A stretch of DNA of 64,000 nucleotides from an uncultured Phycisphaerales bacterium (GCA_963755915.1 CAVWLP010000003.1:256001-320000); one strand, 5' to 3'. Shown: positions 45,336 through 55,639, counted from the stretch's first letter. Program-made: numbers and translations. The notes: a model not told the origin generated them from the letters alone.

Positions 45336-46335
45336 ACCTGGAAGAGTAGATACCGGCCGCCGCCAAGCGATTCGCCACCTTGCGAACCCGGTCCGGCGAA
45401 CTGCAAAAGACCACCGTTGGCCCTTTTAGCCGCTTGCAAAGCTGCTCCAAGACCTCAAGTTCATCAACGTTGTCGGCCTGCTCGACCCTAATTATCTCGG
45501 AGACAACGGTCTCGAATCGCTCGTGCAAGAATTCGTAGCTGAACCGATCCGCAAAGCCGGCCGCAAGCTCTTTTACGCTCGGACCGAGCATATAGAACTG
45601 ACCGCCTTGCTTAAGCAGTTTGTAGAATGCCTGATTGAGCAGAAATGCGCGCCCGTCATCACTAACACTGCCCGACTTCGGATTCAGCTTGTAGAACTCA
45701 TCGATGACGAAGAAGTCGACATTCTTAAGCGTCTTAAATTGAAGAACCCTTTCCTGCGTAAGGACATATATATTCTTTTTACCGGGTGCTTGGCCGAGAT
45801 GGGTAATAATCCGGAACTCGTTCCGAAACTTTCTGCTGAGTCGGCGACGCGTCTCATCAATTAGGGCGATGGTGGGGACCACGACGACAATGTTTGTGAA
45901 CTTCCGCGTGGCGATGATGGCGTCGATAACAAGACTTTTCCCAAAGCTCGTCGGGGCGCTCAGGATGACATTCTTTCCTGCGGTGAGCTCGCGATACACT
46001 CGCGCCTGCGCCTGATGGAACACAATATCCGGCGACATGTGGTCTGGCCGATGAAACTCGTACGCCATTTGATCGCCGATTCCCAGACTGGAGCGATCGA
46101 CATAGGGAAAAAGGCCCACCTCTCGTGTGACCGCGGCAAGCATTGGGGCAACGGCATCAAGCTGCTTTTTGCGGTCCAGAGCCCGCAAAACAAGTTCGCG
46201 CGAAACTGGCCTGTCCGGCGCTCTTGAGACTACCGCCATTATCCCCTTCATGATTGTGAAGGCATTCTCAGCCGTCGTAGCTCGTCTCCTTAGCAAACGC
46301 CGAATGGCGTCCGCCCTTAAGCGATCTTTTGCCAT
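45271..46335 (-). pseudogene. hamB: Hachiman HamB-like SF2 helicase, 3'-truncated
   Basis: SAPTSFGKS, VPTIALIDE, TQER, IDEFYK and PTVVFC; the ORF stops before motifs V/VI. Overlaps a hamA-like gene. Confidence 0.75.
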
Positions 46336-46902
46336 GTCCTGAGCGCCTCGTCGAATGAGTTGATCAAGCGTGACTTACTTGCCATGGGCAATAGAATGAG
46401 GTGGATTTTCAGCTTTTTGGGCGGTGGTAGTCCGCGGAAAAACTCGTATTGGGACAGCACCTCCGCAAGAAGGGCCTCCTTGAAGCGCGCGTTGACGGAG
46501 TTGTGTCCCCGAACCGCTCGGCTCTTGTAAGTCAGGAGCACAGGGATGACGACCGCGTCAAAGACCTGATCAAGTGACGTGTTCGGATCCAGCAGCTTTT
46601 TCAGCTTCTTGTAGAAGGGCAGCGTTTCATCAAGCTTGTTAGTAATTGCAGCGAACTCGGTCCGAAGGTAGTTCCTCTGGCTATGTGCGCGGAGTTCAGC
46701 ACAAACGTCTCGCGCAGCCCTTCGCAGCGATGAATAAAATTTGACTTCGCCCAACCACAATTCGAGTTGGGTCTTCGTTCCGACAACGTGAACCGAATCA
46801 AACCCCTTGACAGTGTCATTGGGGGTGTCCTTGTAGAAGAACTTGCTTATGGCGGGGATCGTACCAAACTCCTGCCGCAGAATTATGTGGAGAAGCAGTT
46901 CC
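46317..46902 (-). pseudogene. hamA: Hachiman HamA (DUF1837)-like, 5'-truncated
   Basis: ELLLHIIL...PAISKFFYKD...VKGFDSVHVV...LWLGEVKFY. Upstream of about 46902 the frame reads as unrelated repeat-rich sequence. Confidence 0.75.
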
Positions 46903-47283
46903 CGCCCCAGGACGGCCCGACCCCGGCTGATCCCGAACCCCGGACACGTAAACCCTGTCCGCCGCCGGGCAAACCGCGCACGCGATATTTCCTTCGCGCC
47001 CTTCGCGTTTCCGCGGTTAATTCCTTTGCTCGGATCAAACGCAGCGCCGCCGGTCTGGAATCGAGTCCTGAAATTCCGCAACCCCGCATCTCTAAAAAAA
47101 CACGCTTGAATACAAACAGTGCCAATCCCCAAATAACTCCCCCATCTTGCCCATCTTTCCCATCTTGTTGCGGACTGTTACCTTTTGTACCGACGCCCCT
47201 TTGCGGCGAAAACATTCCGCCCTCGTTAAAATCAAAACCCTGCCGGGCTAAGAAGATGACCTGAACCAGAATGGAAGTCCCCG

Positions 47284-48054
47284 ATGGTCTCCCTCGATCG
47301 CCTCACCAAAACCTTCGGCTCGCAGATCGCCGTCGACGAAATCTCCTTCGACGTGCCTCCCGGCCAGATCGTCGGCTTCCTCGGCCCCAACGGCGCGGGA
47401 AAATCCACCACACTCAAAATGCTCACCGGCATGCTCCAGCCCACCCGCGGGACCGCCAAAATCTGCGGGTTCGACCTGCTCACCAATCCCATCGACGTCA
47501 AACGCAACGTCGGCTTCGTCCCCGAATCCGGCGCGGTCTTCGAATCCCTCTCCGGCCTGGAATATCTGGAAATGATCGCCGCCCTCTACGGCATCCCCCG
47601 CACCGCCGCCCGCGAGCGCATCCGGCAGTTCATCGCCTTCTTCGATCTCAGCTTCGAAACCCTCACCGAAAAACTCCTCGGCGCGTATTCCAAGGGAATG
47701 CGCCGCAAGGTCGTCATCACCGCCGCCCTGCTCCACAATCCGCCGGTCGTCTTCTTCGACGAGCCGCTCGACGGCCTCGACGCCAACGCCGCCGTCGGGT
47801 TCAAGGCCCTCATCCAGACCCTGGCCCGCGAAGGCAAAACCATCGTCTACAGCTCCCACATCCTCGACGTCGTCGAGCGCGTCTGCCATCGCGTCATCAT
47901 CATCGACAAGGGCAAGCTCCTGCTCGACGGCAAGCCGGACGAGCTGGTCGCCTCCCACAACTCCGGCACGCTCGAGCGTCTCTTCACCCAACTGACCGGC
48001 GGCACCGAACTCGAACAGCGCGCCGAGGACTTCGCAAAGACTTTCCGACCCTAA
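47284..48054 (+). CDS. ABC transporter ATP-binding protein (exporter type)
   Basis: GPNGAGKST, YSKGM, FFDEP and SSH. Confidence 0.93.
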   Translation: MVSLDRLTKTFGSQIAVDEISFDVPPGQIVGFLGPNGAGKSTTLKMLTGMLQPTRGTAKICGFDLLTNPIDVKRNVGFVPESGAVFESLSGLEYLEMIAALYGIPRTAARERIRQFIAFFDLSFETLTEKLLGAYSKGMRRKVVITAALLHNPPVVFFDEPLDGLDANAAVGFKALIQTLAREGKTIVYSSHILDVVERVCHRVIIIDKGKLLLDGKPDELVASHNSGTLERLFTQLTGGTELEQRAEDFAKTFRP

Positions 48055-48063
48055 GTAACTCCA

Positions 48064-49707
48064 ATGACCGACACTGCTTTGAGCGAAACCGCCCCACCCA
48101 CTGACAAAACACTGCGCCGCCTATTTCTCACCCTCTTCCTTCGCGGCCGCAGCTCGCGCGGGCTCCAGAAACAAACCGCTCCCAAATCCATCGGCGAAAA
48201 GCTTTCCCTCACGCTCCTGTTCTACGCCCTCTTCGGCCTGCTGGCCCTGTCCTTCATCACCCAGCCGATCTTCGCCCTTTCGGTTTACCTGCACTCGATG
48301 AGCTTCATGTTCCTGGGGATGTTCGTCGCCGCCTCGGCCGGTGAAGTGCTTTTCAACAAGGAGGAAGCCGACATTCTCCTGCATCGTCCCGCCTCCTCCT
48401 CGGCGATGCTCTGGGCGAAAATCCGCGTGCTGATCGAAATCTCGCTCTGGATGGCCGGGGCATTCAATCTCGTCGGCCTTTTCGCCGGCGTGTTCGCCCG
48501 CAACGGCACCTGGTGGTTTCCGCTGGCCCACGCGCTTTCGACAGTGCTCGAAGCCCTTTTCTGCGCCAGCTTCGTCGTGGTGATCTACCAGCTATGTTTC
48601 CGCTGGTTTGGCCGGCAGCGACTTGAAGGACTCATCACCACTCTTCAGGTGGCCGTCTCCATCGGGGCGGTGCTCAGCAGCCAGGTGCTTTCGCAAATGA
48701 TGGCGCGCGGCGGCCGGATGCTCGTCATCGACCAGCACTCCTGGTGGATCGGCCTGCTTCCCCCGGCGTGGTTTGCAGGCATCGACGACGCCCTCGCCGG
48801 CAGCGGAGCTCGAAGCTCCTGGATCCTGGCGTTTTGCGCCGTCGCCGCCACCGCTGTCACAATGTGGATGGCCTTCGGCAAACTGGTTCACGATTACGAA
48901 TCGGGCATGCAGAGCCTCTCCGAGACCGTCTCCAAAAAACGCAAATCGCGCGAGGGGCGCCGCTGGATTGAGCGTCTCGTCGATTTGCCGCCGCTGCGCT
49001 GGTGGCTGCGCGATCCGGTGGAGCGGGCGTCATTTCTGCTCGTTGCCGCCTATCTCCTGCGCGACCGCGACGTCAAGCTGCGCGTCTATCCCGGCCTGGC
49101 GCCGTTCATGGCGATTCCGATCATGTTCATGTTTCAGGGCCACGGGGCAGGTCACGGGGCAAAGGACCCATGGTTCGGCGGATTTCGGATCACTTTCATC
49201 GCCGCCTACGTCGGCCTCGTGCCATTGCTGGGGGTGAGCATGCTGCAATATTCCCAGCAGTGGCAGGCATCCGACATTTTCCGCGCCGCGCCGATTTTCG
49301 GCCCCGCGCCTCTTTGCAACGGCGCGCGGCGGGCCGTGCTATTTTTCCTCACGCTGCCGCTGCTGGTCATCTTCGCGGCCCTCATCTGGTTGCCGGGGCA
49401 CGACCCCGCGCAATTGCTGATGCTCATTCCGGGCGTCATCGCGATTCCGATCTACTCGCTGGTGCCGACGATCGGCGGCGGTGGAATTCCCCTCTCCCAG
49501 CCAACTGAAGAGGCGAAATCCGCCGGCCGCGGGCTGACAATGATCGTGGCCAGTTTCACTTCGTTGGCGTTGGGCGGGTTGGCACTGATATCGTGGAACC
49601 TGGGGTTCTTCTGGTGGCTCGTGGCGATCGAATCTCTCGTGGCCGGCACTCTGTACGTCCTGCTGCGACGATCGCTCGCGCGGGCGATGTGGCAGTCGAT
49701 GGAATAA
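48064..49707 (+). CDS. ABC exporter permease-like multi-pass membrane protein
   Basis: Many hydrophobic segments; lies 9 bp downstream of the ATPase gene. Confidence 0.75.
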   Translation: MTDTALSETAPPTDKTLRRLFLTLFLRGRSSRGLQKQTAPKSIGEKLSLTLLFYALFGLLALSFITQPIFALSVYLHSMSFMFLGMFVAASAGEVLFNKEEADILLHRPASSSAMLWAKIRVLIEISLWMAGAFNLVGLFAGVFARNGTWWFPLAHALSTVLEALFCASFVVVIYQLCFRWFGRQRLEGLITTLQVAVSIGAVLSSQVLSQMMARGGRMLVIDQHSWWIGLLPPAWFAGIDDALAGSGARSSWILAFCAVAATAVTMWMAFGKLVHDYESGMQSLSETVSKKRKSREGRRWIERLVDLPPLRWWLRDPVERASFLLVAAYLLRDRDVKLRVYPGLAPFMAIPIMFMFQGHGAGHGAKDPWFGGFRITFIAAYVGLVPLLGVSMLQYSQQWQASDIFRAAPIFGPAPLCNGARRAVLFFLTLPLLVIFAALIWLPGHDPAQLLMLIPGVIAIPIYSLVPTIGGGGIPLSQPTEEAKSAGRGLTMIVASFTSLALGGLALISWNLGFFWWLVAIESLVAGTLYVLLRRSLARAMWQSME

Positions 49708-49719
49708 TCCGGCGAAAAT

Positions 49720-50250
49720 TCACGCCGTCTCAAATCCCGGCGCCACGTGGGACCAGTTTCCGCCGTTGTAGTTCGCCAGGCCGCAGATAGCGTCGAATTT
49801 GAGGATCTCCCGGCGCAGATCGTTGAGGGCGCCGTCCGAATTCTGGTCCTTTTCGGCGCGAAGCGCCAGCAGGAAGGCGCTGAGCTTGTCGAACAGCACG
49901 TCGAGCTGGCTGTTCTCCTCGACGCGGAGCCAGAATTTCGCCTTGAAGTGCTCGACGCTGAAATTGAGGATTTCGTCCTGGGCCATGGTGACGACCTTGA
50001 GGATGCGGTCGCGGTCGTGATTCACGAGGGCCTGGTCGGCGGGCTCGGTGGCCAGGCGCTTGCGGATGCGGGCGATCGAGGAGAGCGAGCAATAGGCCCG
50101 GGCCAGCGGCTCGCGGATTTTCATCAGGTTGGAAAACCGCCAGCTATTTTTCGACCAGCGGTAGACGAAGAGAAAGACGACCAGGATCTGTCCAAGCGCC
50201 AGCAGCGCCTGGACGGTGATGGTGATGGCAAATGTTGCGGTGGAGTTCAT
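49720..50250 (-). CDS. Hypothetical protein with N-terminal TM helix
   Basis: MNSTATFAITITVQALLALGQILVVFLFVY after GAGAGG; GC3-rich codons. Confidence 0.65.
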   Translation of the reverse strand: MNSTATFAITITVQALLALGQILVVFLFVYRWSKNSWRFSNLMKIREPLARAYCSLSSIARIRKRLATEPADQALVNHDRDRILKVVTMAQDEILNFSVEHFKAKFWLRVEENSQLDVLFDKLSAFLLALRAEKDQNSDGALNDLRREILKFDAICGLANYNGGNWSHVAPGFETA

Positions 50251-50361
50251 TCGAATTCCTCTCGTGATGGGCGGCCGGCGCCCATCGCGCTGGCCGCGGC
50301 GAAGGAACATTGTAGTATGTTATCAAGGAAAGCCGCTGCACCAGTTGGTAAGGAGAAGTTC

Positions 50362-50634
50362 ATGGCAAAGAAAAAGAAGGTGGTCAAGAAGACCCCCAAG
50401 AAGGTTTCCCCAAAGAAAGCCAAAAAGCTGAAGAAAAGCGCGCCCAAGCCGAAATCGAAGCCCAAAAAGTTCGCTTCCGCCGCGGCGGCTCCCGCGCCGG
50501 TGATCACGCACGAAATGATCGCCAAGCGGGCGTACGAGCTCTGGCTGAAAAAGAGCCACGGGGCGCATTCGAACAACTCGGTTCAAAACTGGCTAGAAGC
50601 CGAGGCGGAATTACGGACGGGTGGGAAGAAATAG
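50362..50634 (+). CDS. DUF2934-domain protein with Lys-rich (histone H1-like) N-terminus
   Basis: MAKKKKVVKKTPKKVSPKKAKK...ITHEMIAKRAYELW...NWLEAEAEL; AAGGAG RBS. Confidence 0.8.
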   Translation: MAKKKKVVKKTPKKVSPKKAKKLKKSAPKPKSKPKKFASAAAAPAPVITHEMIAKRAYELWLKKSHGAHSNNSVQNWLEAEAELRTGGKK

Positions 50635-50691
50635 GCGCGTGTCCGGATGGGACTAAACGCCGTTGGTGGCGTTTGTGTCAGGCCGGGAAAT

Positions 50692-51794
50692 TCAAAAATC
50701 TGAAGCGATCGCGCTGCGTTCACCGACGCACAGATGCCTGGGATTTCGTCGCTGGCGCTTGGGAAGCAGGCTGGCCGGCCGTTCTCGGCCCGCGCCGGCG
50801 GCGACGATCATCGCGACGCCGAGCAATCCGGCCGCTCCCTTCCAGAGCAGCGCGTTTCCTGGTTGAGCCGCATCGCAACCCCGTTGGCGACCTGCGCCAG
50901 TGCGGCCGCGTCCGAGATCAGGAGCTTCTCCATGAAATCGACCGACTGCCCGGCCGAGGCAAAGACGCCCGGACGCTGAAGGATTTCTCTGAATGCGATC
51001 AGCTCGGTATTGATCCCCAAAATCCCGTCGGACCATGACAAATCCGGCGGATCGTGCGAGACATTTCTTTCGGTCGAAGTCGAGGCGATCGCCGGCGTTG
51101 GGGCGTTGATGACGGCCGAGGCAACACTTGCTCCGCCCCCGGCTGCGGAAGCGTGGGCAATACCCGATTGGTCGGCCTGCGGAAGCGTAACCGCCGGGTG
51201 AGGCGCGATTGCGTTGGATTGCGTCTGATTCACCGAAACGGCGGGCGTAGTATTTGCCGCGGCCGCAACGACAACCGCAGGCGGAGCCGGGAGTGGGGGC
51301 GGGGTCGGCATTGCCGGATCATCATCGGCCCTGCGGTAGTCCGCGCGTGCCGTGATAAGCACTGCCCCCCATGATTTGCCGCCGCCGTTCGATGCGGTCG
51401 CATAGACGCCGTCTCCCATCGACGAACTCGCCTGGGAACTCGCCTGGACGAGCATGAAGTTCATCGGCTGACCGTCCGGATGCGACCATGGCCCGATTGA
51501 CGACGCCCCCTCGGCCCTGGTCCAGTCGACAGTCACCGATTTCGTATCGGTTGGTGGCACATCGGCAGGTTTCGAGGAGACAGCATTGCCGCTGGATGAT
51601 GCAACTTCATCCGCGGCACGAACGACGAAAGCGGAAACTCCCGGCGTGGAATCGGTCCGTACCTCCAGCGCCCGCTGCGCGTCATACAGCCCGGCGGACA
51701 GCAGCGTCCTTGTCTCCAGGCCTTCGAGCAATGCGCGGCCGTCGCGACGCGGCCTCTTTCTTGTTTGCTCAAGCTCCAGATGTTCAGATGGCAT
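50692..51794 (-). CDS. Hypothetical protein with LEPR-xLL-like leader and C-terminal TM, frameshift near 50852
   Basis: LEGLETRTLLS, a Pro/Ala-rich linker, then a shifted frame LLWKGAAGLLGVAMIVAAG. Confidence 0.6.
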
Positions 51795-51811
51795 GGAACC
51801 TCCGCATCTCA

Positions 51812-53365
51812 CTACTCATTTTTTGCAGCCAATTTGTTTGACAACAGGGCCTCGGCATTTGGACGGACCGTGGGGAGCCTGACGATGAACGTCGTCCCCG
51901 CGCCCGGGACGCTGGTGAAGGAGATATCGCCCCCATGCGCGGCGGTGATGCTCTTGCAGATCGCCAGCCCCAGCCCGGACCCGCCGGTGCCGCCGTTGCG
52001 GGACTTGTCGGCGCGGAAAAATCGCTGGAAGATCCGCGGCTGATCCTCCTGCGGAATACCGCTTCCGGTGTCGGTGACCTTTACAACCGCCATTTCGTCT
52101 TCGCGTGAAACGCCGATCTTCACGCTCCCGCCGTCGCGGTTGTACTGGATCGCGTTGCCGATCAGGTTCGTCATCAGACGCAGAAAGTGGTTCCGATCGG
52201 CTTCGATCTGCACCGCGGGGCCTTGCGCGCTGAGGGTTATGGACCGGCGTTTGGCAATTGGAACCAGCAGCGAAATGCAATCCTCGACTGCATTGACCAC
52301 GTCAAACCGGCAATATTCCAGGTTGAGTGCGTCGGCATCGGCGCGGGCCAAAAGCAGCAGCGAATCCACCAGCGCGTTCATTCGCCGGGAGGCGCGGAGA
52401 TTCGACTCGATGGTTTGCCGATATTCCTGGGTCGAGCGCTCGCGGGAAAGGGCCAGCTCGCTGCCGGCGTGGATGATGGCCAGCGGTGTGCGCAGCTCGT
52501 GGGAAGCATCGGCGGTGAACTGCGTCTGCCGGCGAAATGCCGATTCGAGGCGATCGAAGGTGTTGTTCAGGGTATGCGCCAGCGAACCGAGTTCGCTTTG
52601 AACCTCCGACCCATCGATCCGTAGCGACAAATCCGAAGCCGAAATCGCGCGGGCCGTCTCACTAATCAAGCGAATGGGCCGCAGCACGCGCTGCGAAAGG
52701 GCGAACCCGCCGAATAGTCCGATTATCATGACCAATCCGCCCGCGCCGGCGAGGCTCCAGCGCAGGTCGGCGAGGGCCGCCTGTTCGTGAGTGATCGAGC
52801 GGCCCACCAGGATCGTCGAGCCCGCGGGACCGGGCAGGATGATTTCGCGAACGTCATCGCGCTGGCGGAACTCAGGCGCCGGGCCTTGCGAAATCGTCGA
52901 AACGCTGGCGACGAACGGAACCGGCGCCGCCGGGCATGCGAGCGATTGACGAACGATTGAGCCGTCCGGTCCCCAGACGATGAAATAAGGCTGCTGAGAA
53001 TCGTCCCAGCCGAGGCGGCGAAGACAGTCCTGCGGAATCGCCCGGAGCTGCGCCAGCGGCGAGACCGGCGGTGTAGGGTTTATCAGGTCGGTTTCTGGCG
53101 GGGCATCGGTAGCGGTGCCCGGCGAGAAATCGGTCTGGCGAAGCGTTGCCATTGCCAGTTGCTGGCTTGGTACGGAATTCTGAAGATGCGATCCGGGAAT
53201 AGCGAGGGCGGAAAAAACGCGAGCTGCGCCGGCGAGCTCGCCGTCGATTTCGGTGTAGGTTGTCCGCGAAGCGGAATAGTAGAGCACCGCTCCCAAGCTG
53301 GAGACGGCCACAAACAATATGGCCGCATGCCAGAGCTGGAGGGTCCAACGGATCGACTTGAACAT
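51812..53365 (-). CDS. Sensor histidine kinase (TM-HAMP-HisKA-HATPase)
   Basis: FTADASHELRTPL, NAIQYN and GGSGLGLAI. Confidence 0.93.
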   Translation of the reverse strand: MFKSIRWTLQLWHAAILFVAVSSLGAVLYYSASRTTYTEIDGELAGAARVFSALAIPGSHLQNSVPSQQLAMATLRQTDFSPGTATDAPPETDLINPTPPVSPLAQLRAIPQDCLRRLGWDDSQQPYFIVWGPDGSIVRQSLACPAAPVPFVASVSTISQGPAPEFRQRDDVREIILPGPAGSTILVGRSITHEQAALADLRWSLAGAGGLVMIIGLFGGFALSQRVLRPIRLISETARAISASDLSLRIDGSEVQSELGSLAHTLNNTFDRLESAFRRQTQFTADASHELRTPLAIIHAGSELALSRERSTQEYRQTIESNLRASRRMNALVDSLLLLARADADALNLEYCRFDVVNAVEDCISLLVPIAKRRSITLSAQGPAVQIEADRNHFLRLMTNLIGNAIQYNRDGGSVKIGVSREDEMAVVKVTDTGSGIPQEDQPRIFQRFFRADKSRNGGTGGSGLGLAICKSITAAHGGDISFTSVPGAGTTFIVRLPTVRPNAEALLSNKLAAKNE

Positions 53366-53368
53366 GGT

Positions 53369-54064
53369 CTATAGTTGCGTCGGCGGCTGCTTCTCAGCCG
53401 CGCAGAGTCCTTCCCCTACCAGATAACCCTGCCCGCGTCGGGTGACGATGAATTCCTTGCCGAGCTTTTTCCGCACGTTGGAAACGTGCACGTCGACAAG
53501 ATTGGACAAACTATCGTCCTCCTCGTCAAACAAATGTTCGTAAATCATGTTGCGGGCAACCAATTCACCCCGATGCAGGGCCAAAAGTTGCACCAATGAG
53601 TATTCGCGGGGGGTTAAAAATATCTGCTGGCCGGACTTAAAAACGGTCCGCTTGGAGGTGTCAACCTGGATTTCGCCAACGCTGATGACCGGATCGGCCT
53701 TGCCGGCGGCGCGGCGCACCAAGGCCCGCAGACGGGCGAGAAGCTCGTCCAGCTCGAAGGGTTTTTTGACGTAATCATCCGCCCCCAGGTCCAGTCCAGA
53801 AACGCGGTCGTGAACGGCATCGCGAGCTGTAAGTACCAGCACCGGAACGGTTTGCCCCTCTTTGCGAAGCTGGCGGAGCACCTCCCAGCCGTCCATGACG
53901 GGGAGCATGAGGTCCAGCACAATGGCGTCGTAATGTCCGCTGGAGGCTTTATAGAGGGCCTCCTTGCCGTTGGTGGCCGAATCGACGGCATACCCTTCTT
54001 CCCGAAGTGATTGTGAGAGCACGTCTAACAGATCAGTCTCATCCTCAACAACGAGCACGCGCAT
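53369..54064 (-). CDS. OmpR-family response regulator
   Basis: MRVLVVEDE, LDLMLP, GADDYVKKPF and winged HTH (VHVSNVRKK, TRRGQGY). Confidence 0.94.
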   Translation of the reverse strand: MRVLVVEDETDLLDVLSQSLREEGYAVDSATNGKEALYKASSGHYDAIVLDLMLPVMDGWEVLRQLRKEGQTVPVLVLTARDAVHDRVSGLDLGADDYVKKPFELDELLARLRALVRRAAGKADPVISVGEIQVDTSKRTVFKSGQQIFLTPREYSLVQLLALHRGELVARNMIYEHLFDEEDDSLSNLVDVHVSNVRKKLGKEFIVTRRGQGYLVGEGLCAAEKQPPTQL

Positions 54065-54138
54065 TTGATTTACCTGCCACTGTAAATGGTTGAACAAATG
54101 GAGTGGTTACACAACCGGCCATCATGATTACAAAAGCC

Positions 54139-54170
54139 AACCTTAAGATGGCGTGAAGAACCTTAAGATT
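54139..54170. promoter_or_regulatory. Direct repeat AACCTTAAGAT x2, candidate OmpR-family binding site
   Basis: Copies at 54139-54149 and 54159-54169 with a degenerate middle unit GTGAAG at 10-bp period, upstream of the regulator. Confidence 0.55.
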
Positions 54171-54174
54171 CGCC

Positions 54175-55338
54175 CTAGATGGCCGCCAATAGGGCGGAAT
54201 TGAGGGCTTCGTCGCTTAGCACGACGGGGTTGAAGTGCATGCTGGTGGTTTTTCGGGCCAGGGAAACTATTTCAGGGATGTGACCAGGACCGAGTCCGAA
54301 GTCCTTTAGCGGGGGGATTTTGAGGGTGCGAATCAACTTGAGCGTCCATTGAAAACAGGCGTCGATTGCCTCCTCGGGGTCGGGCGTCCGCTGGTCGGGC
54401 AGCCGGCGGCCTATCTGCGCGTATCGACGTAAGCTTTCGGTGGAATTGGCGGCGCGCAGGGCCTTTACGTTGGCGGCTATTACGTAGGGCAGAAGCGCGG
54501 CGCAGATGGTGCCGTGGGGGATGGGGAAATTGGCGCCGAGGGCGGCGGCGAAACCGTGAACGGCGCCGAGGCCGGCGCTGGTGAGGGTTTGGCCGCTGAG
54601 AAGCGCTGCCAGGGCCATGGCTTCGCGAGCCTTGAGATCGTTGCCGTTGAAGTAGGCGGCCTGGATATTTTCAGCGGCGAGGGGGATGCCGGTGAGGGCG
54701 AGGGAATCGGTGATGGGGGAGGCGGCGATGGAAGTATAGGATTCGATGAGTTGACAGAGGGCATCCATGCCGGAACTGGCCGTGACAGCGGGAGGGACGG
54801 TGACGCCCAATTCCGGATCGACGAGAGCGGCGCGGGCCAGGAGAAGCTCGCCGCGGATGCTGGCCTTGAATCGCTTTTCGGGCAGTCCGATGACGGCGTT
54901 GCGGGTGACCTCGGCGCCGGTGCCGGCGGTGGTGGGAATCGCCGTCCAGGGGGCGGCTTGGCGGGTGATTTTCTGGCCTTTGCCGACGACTTCCATGTAA
55001 TCAGTGGCCAAGCCGCCGTTGGTGAGCAATGCCGCGACGGCTTTGGCGGCGTCGATGGCGCTGCCGCCGCCGAGGCCGATGACCGAATCACAATTCTTTT
55101 GGCGTGCCTGCTCGACGGCGGCGTCGATTTGATCGGCGGTCGGCTCGCCGCGCTGGCGGAGGATCGTGGGTGAGAGTTTTGAATGAGACAGGTGGGCAAT
55201 GAGACGATCAAGGACGGCGTCGCTGTTGTGAATAACGAGCGGCGCCCGGCCGAGTGAAGCGGCGACATCGCCGGCGGTGCTGATTTTCCCGCGGCCGAAA
55301 ATGATGCGGTTGACGCCGAAGAATTCAAACGCCTGCAT
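54175..55338 (-). CDS. Iron-containing alcohol dehydrogenase
   Basis: GLGGGSAIDAAK, IPTTAGTGAE, GAVHGFA and IPHG. Confidence 0.9.
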   Translation of the reverse strand: MQAFEFFGVNRIIFGRGKISTAGDVAASLGRAPLVIHNSDAVLDRLIAHLSHSKLSPTILRQRGEPTADQIDAAVEQARQKNCDSVIGLGGGSAIDAAKAVAALLTNGGLATDYMEVVGKGQKITRQAAPWTAIPTTAGTGAEVTRNAVIGLPEKRFKASIRGELLLARAALVDPELGVTVPPAVTASSGMDALCQLIESYTSIAASPITDSLALTGIPLAAENIQAAYFNGNDLKAREAMALAALLSGQTLTSAGLGAVHGFAAALGANFPIPHGTICAALLPYVIAANVKALRAANSTESLRRYAQIGRRLPDQRTPDPEEAIDACFQWTLKLIRTLKIPPLKDFGLGPGHIPEIVSLARKTTSMHFNPVVLSDEALNSALLAAI

Positions 55339-55639
55339 CGGCTTGGTTTCCGAAAAAGATCGATTTGTGCTTTACGCCCTGGCGAGGCTGGGCCATCCAG
55401 TCAGACACCGCTTCCTTCCACCGCAAATAGTGCGGGGTCTGCTGGTGTGACGTGAAATCGTCTTTGGATTTGTAGACCTCATAGAGAAAAAACCGGCCCG
55501 GCTCGGCCTCTGCCTGGGATAGGTCGAAGCGAATATTGTTCGGCTCCAGCCGGGTGTTGCGGGCGTTATCGAGCGTAGCGGCGATGAATTGTTCGGTGAA
55601 CTGCGGTTTGACGAAGATTGTAACGGCGACGATGAACAT
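55325..55639 (-). CDS. ABM-fold protein (LsrG-like)
   Basis: EPNNIRFD...FFLYEVY...HQQTPHYLRWK. Confidence 0.8.
   Translation of the reverse strand: MFIVAVTIFVKPQFTEQFIAATLDNARNTRLEPNNIRFDLSQAEAEPGRFFLYEVYKSKDDFTSHQQTPHYLRWKEAVSDWMAQPRQGVKHKSIFFGNQADAGV

Larger units (their letters stand above)
44837..47199. mobile_element. Putative non-autonomous element with 59-bp imperfect terminal inverted repeats and degenerate 9-bp TSD
   Basis: 44837-44895 vs reverse complement of 47141-47199: 41/59 ungapped matches by hand, with a 14-bp perfect core ACAGTCCGCAACAA. Flanks TGTGCGCCG / TTTGCGGCG match 7/9. Confidence 0.6.

Noticed and set aside
45271-47132. Functional Hachiman system
   Set aside because: hamA lacks its N-terminus and hamB lacks the C-terminal helicase motifs.
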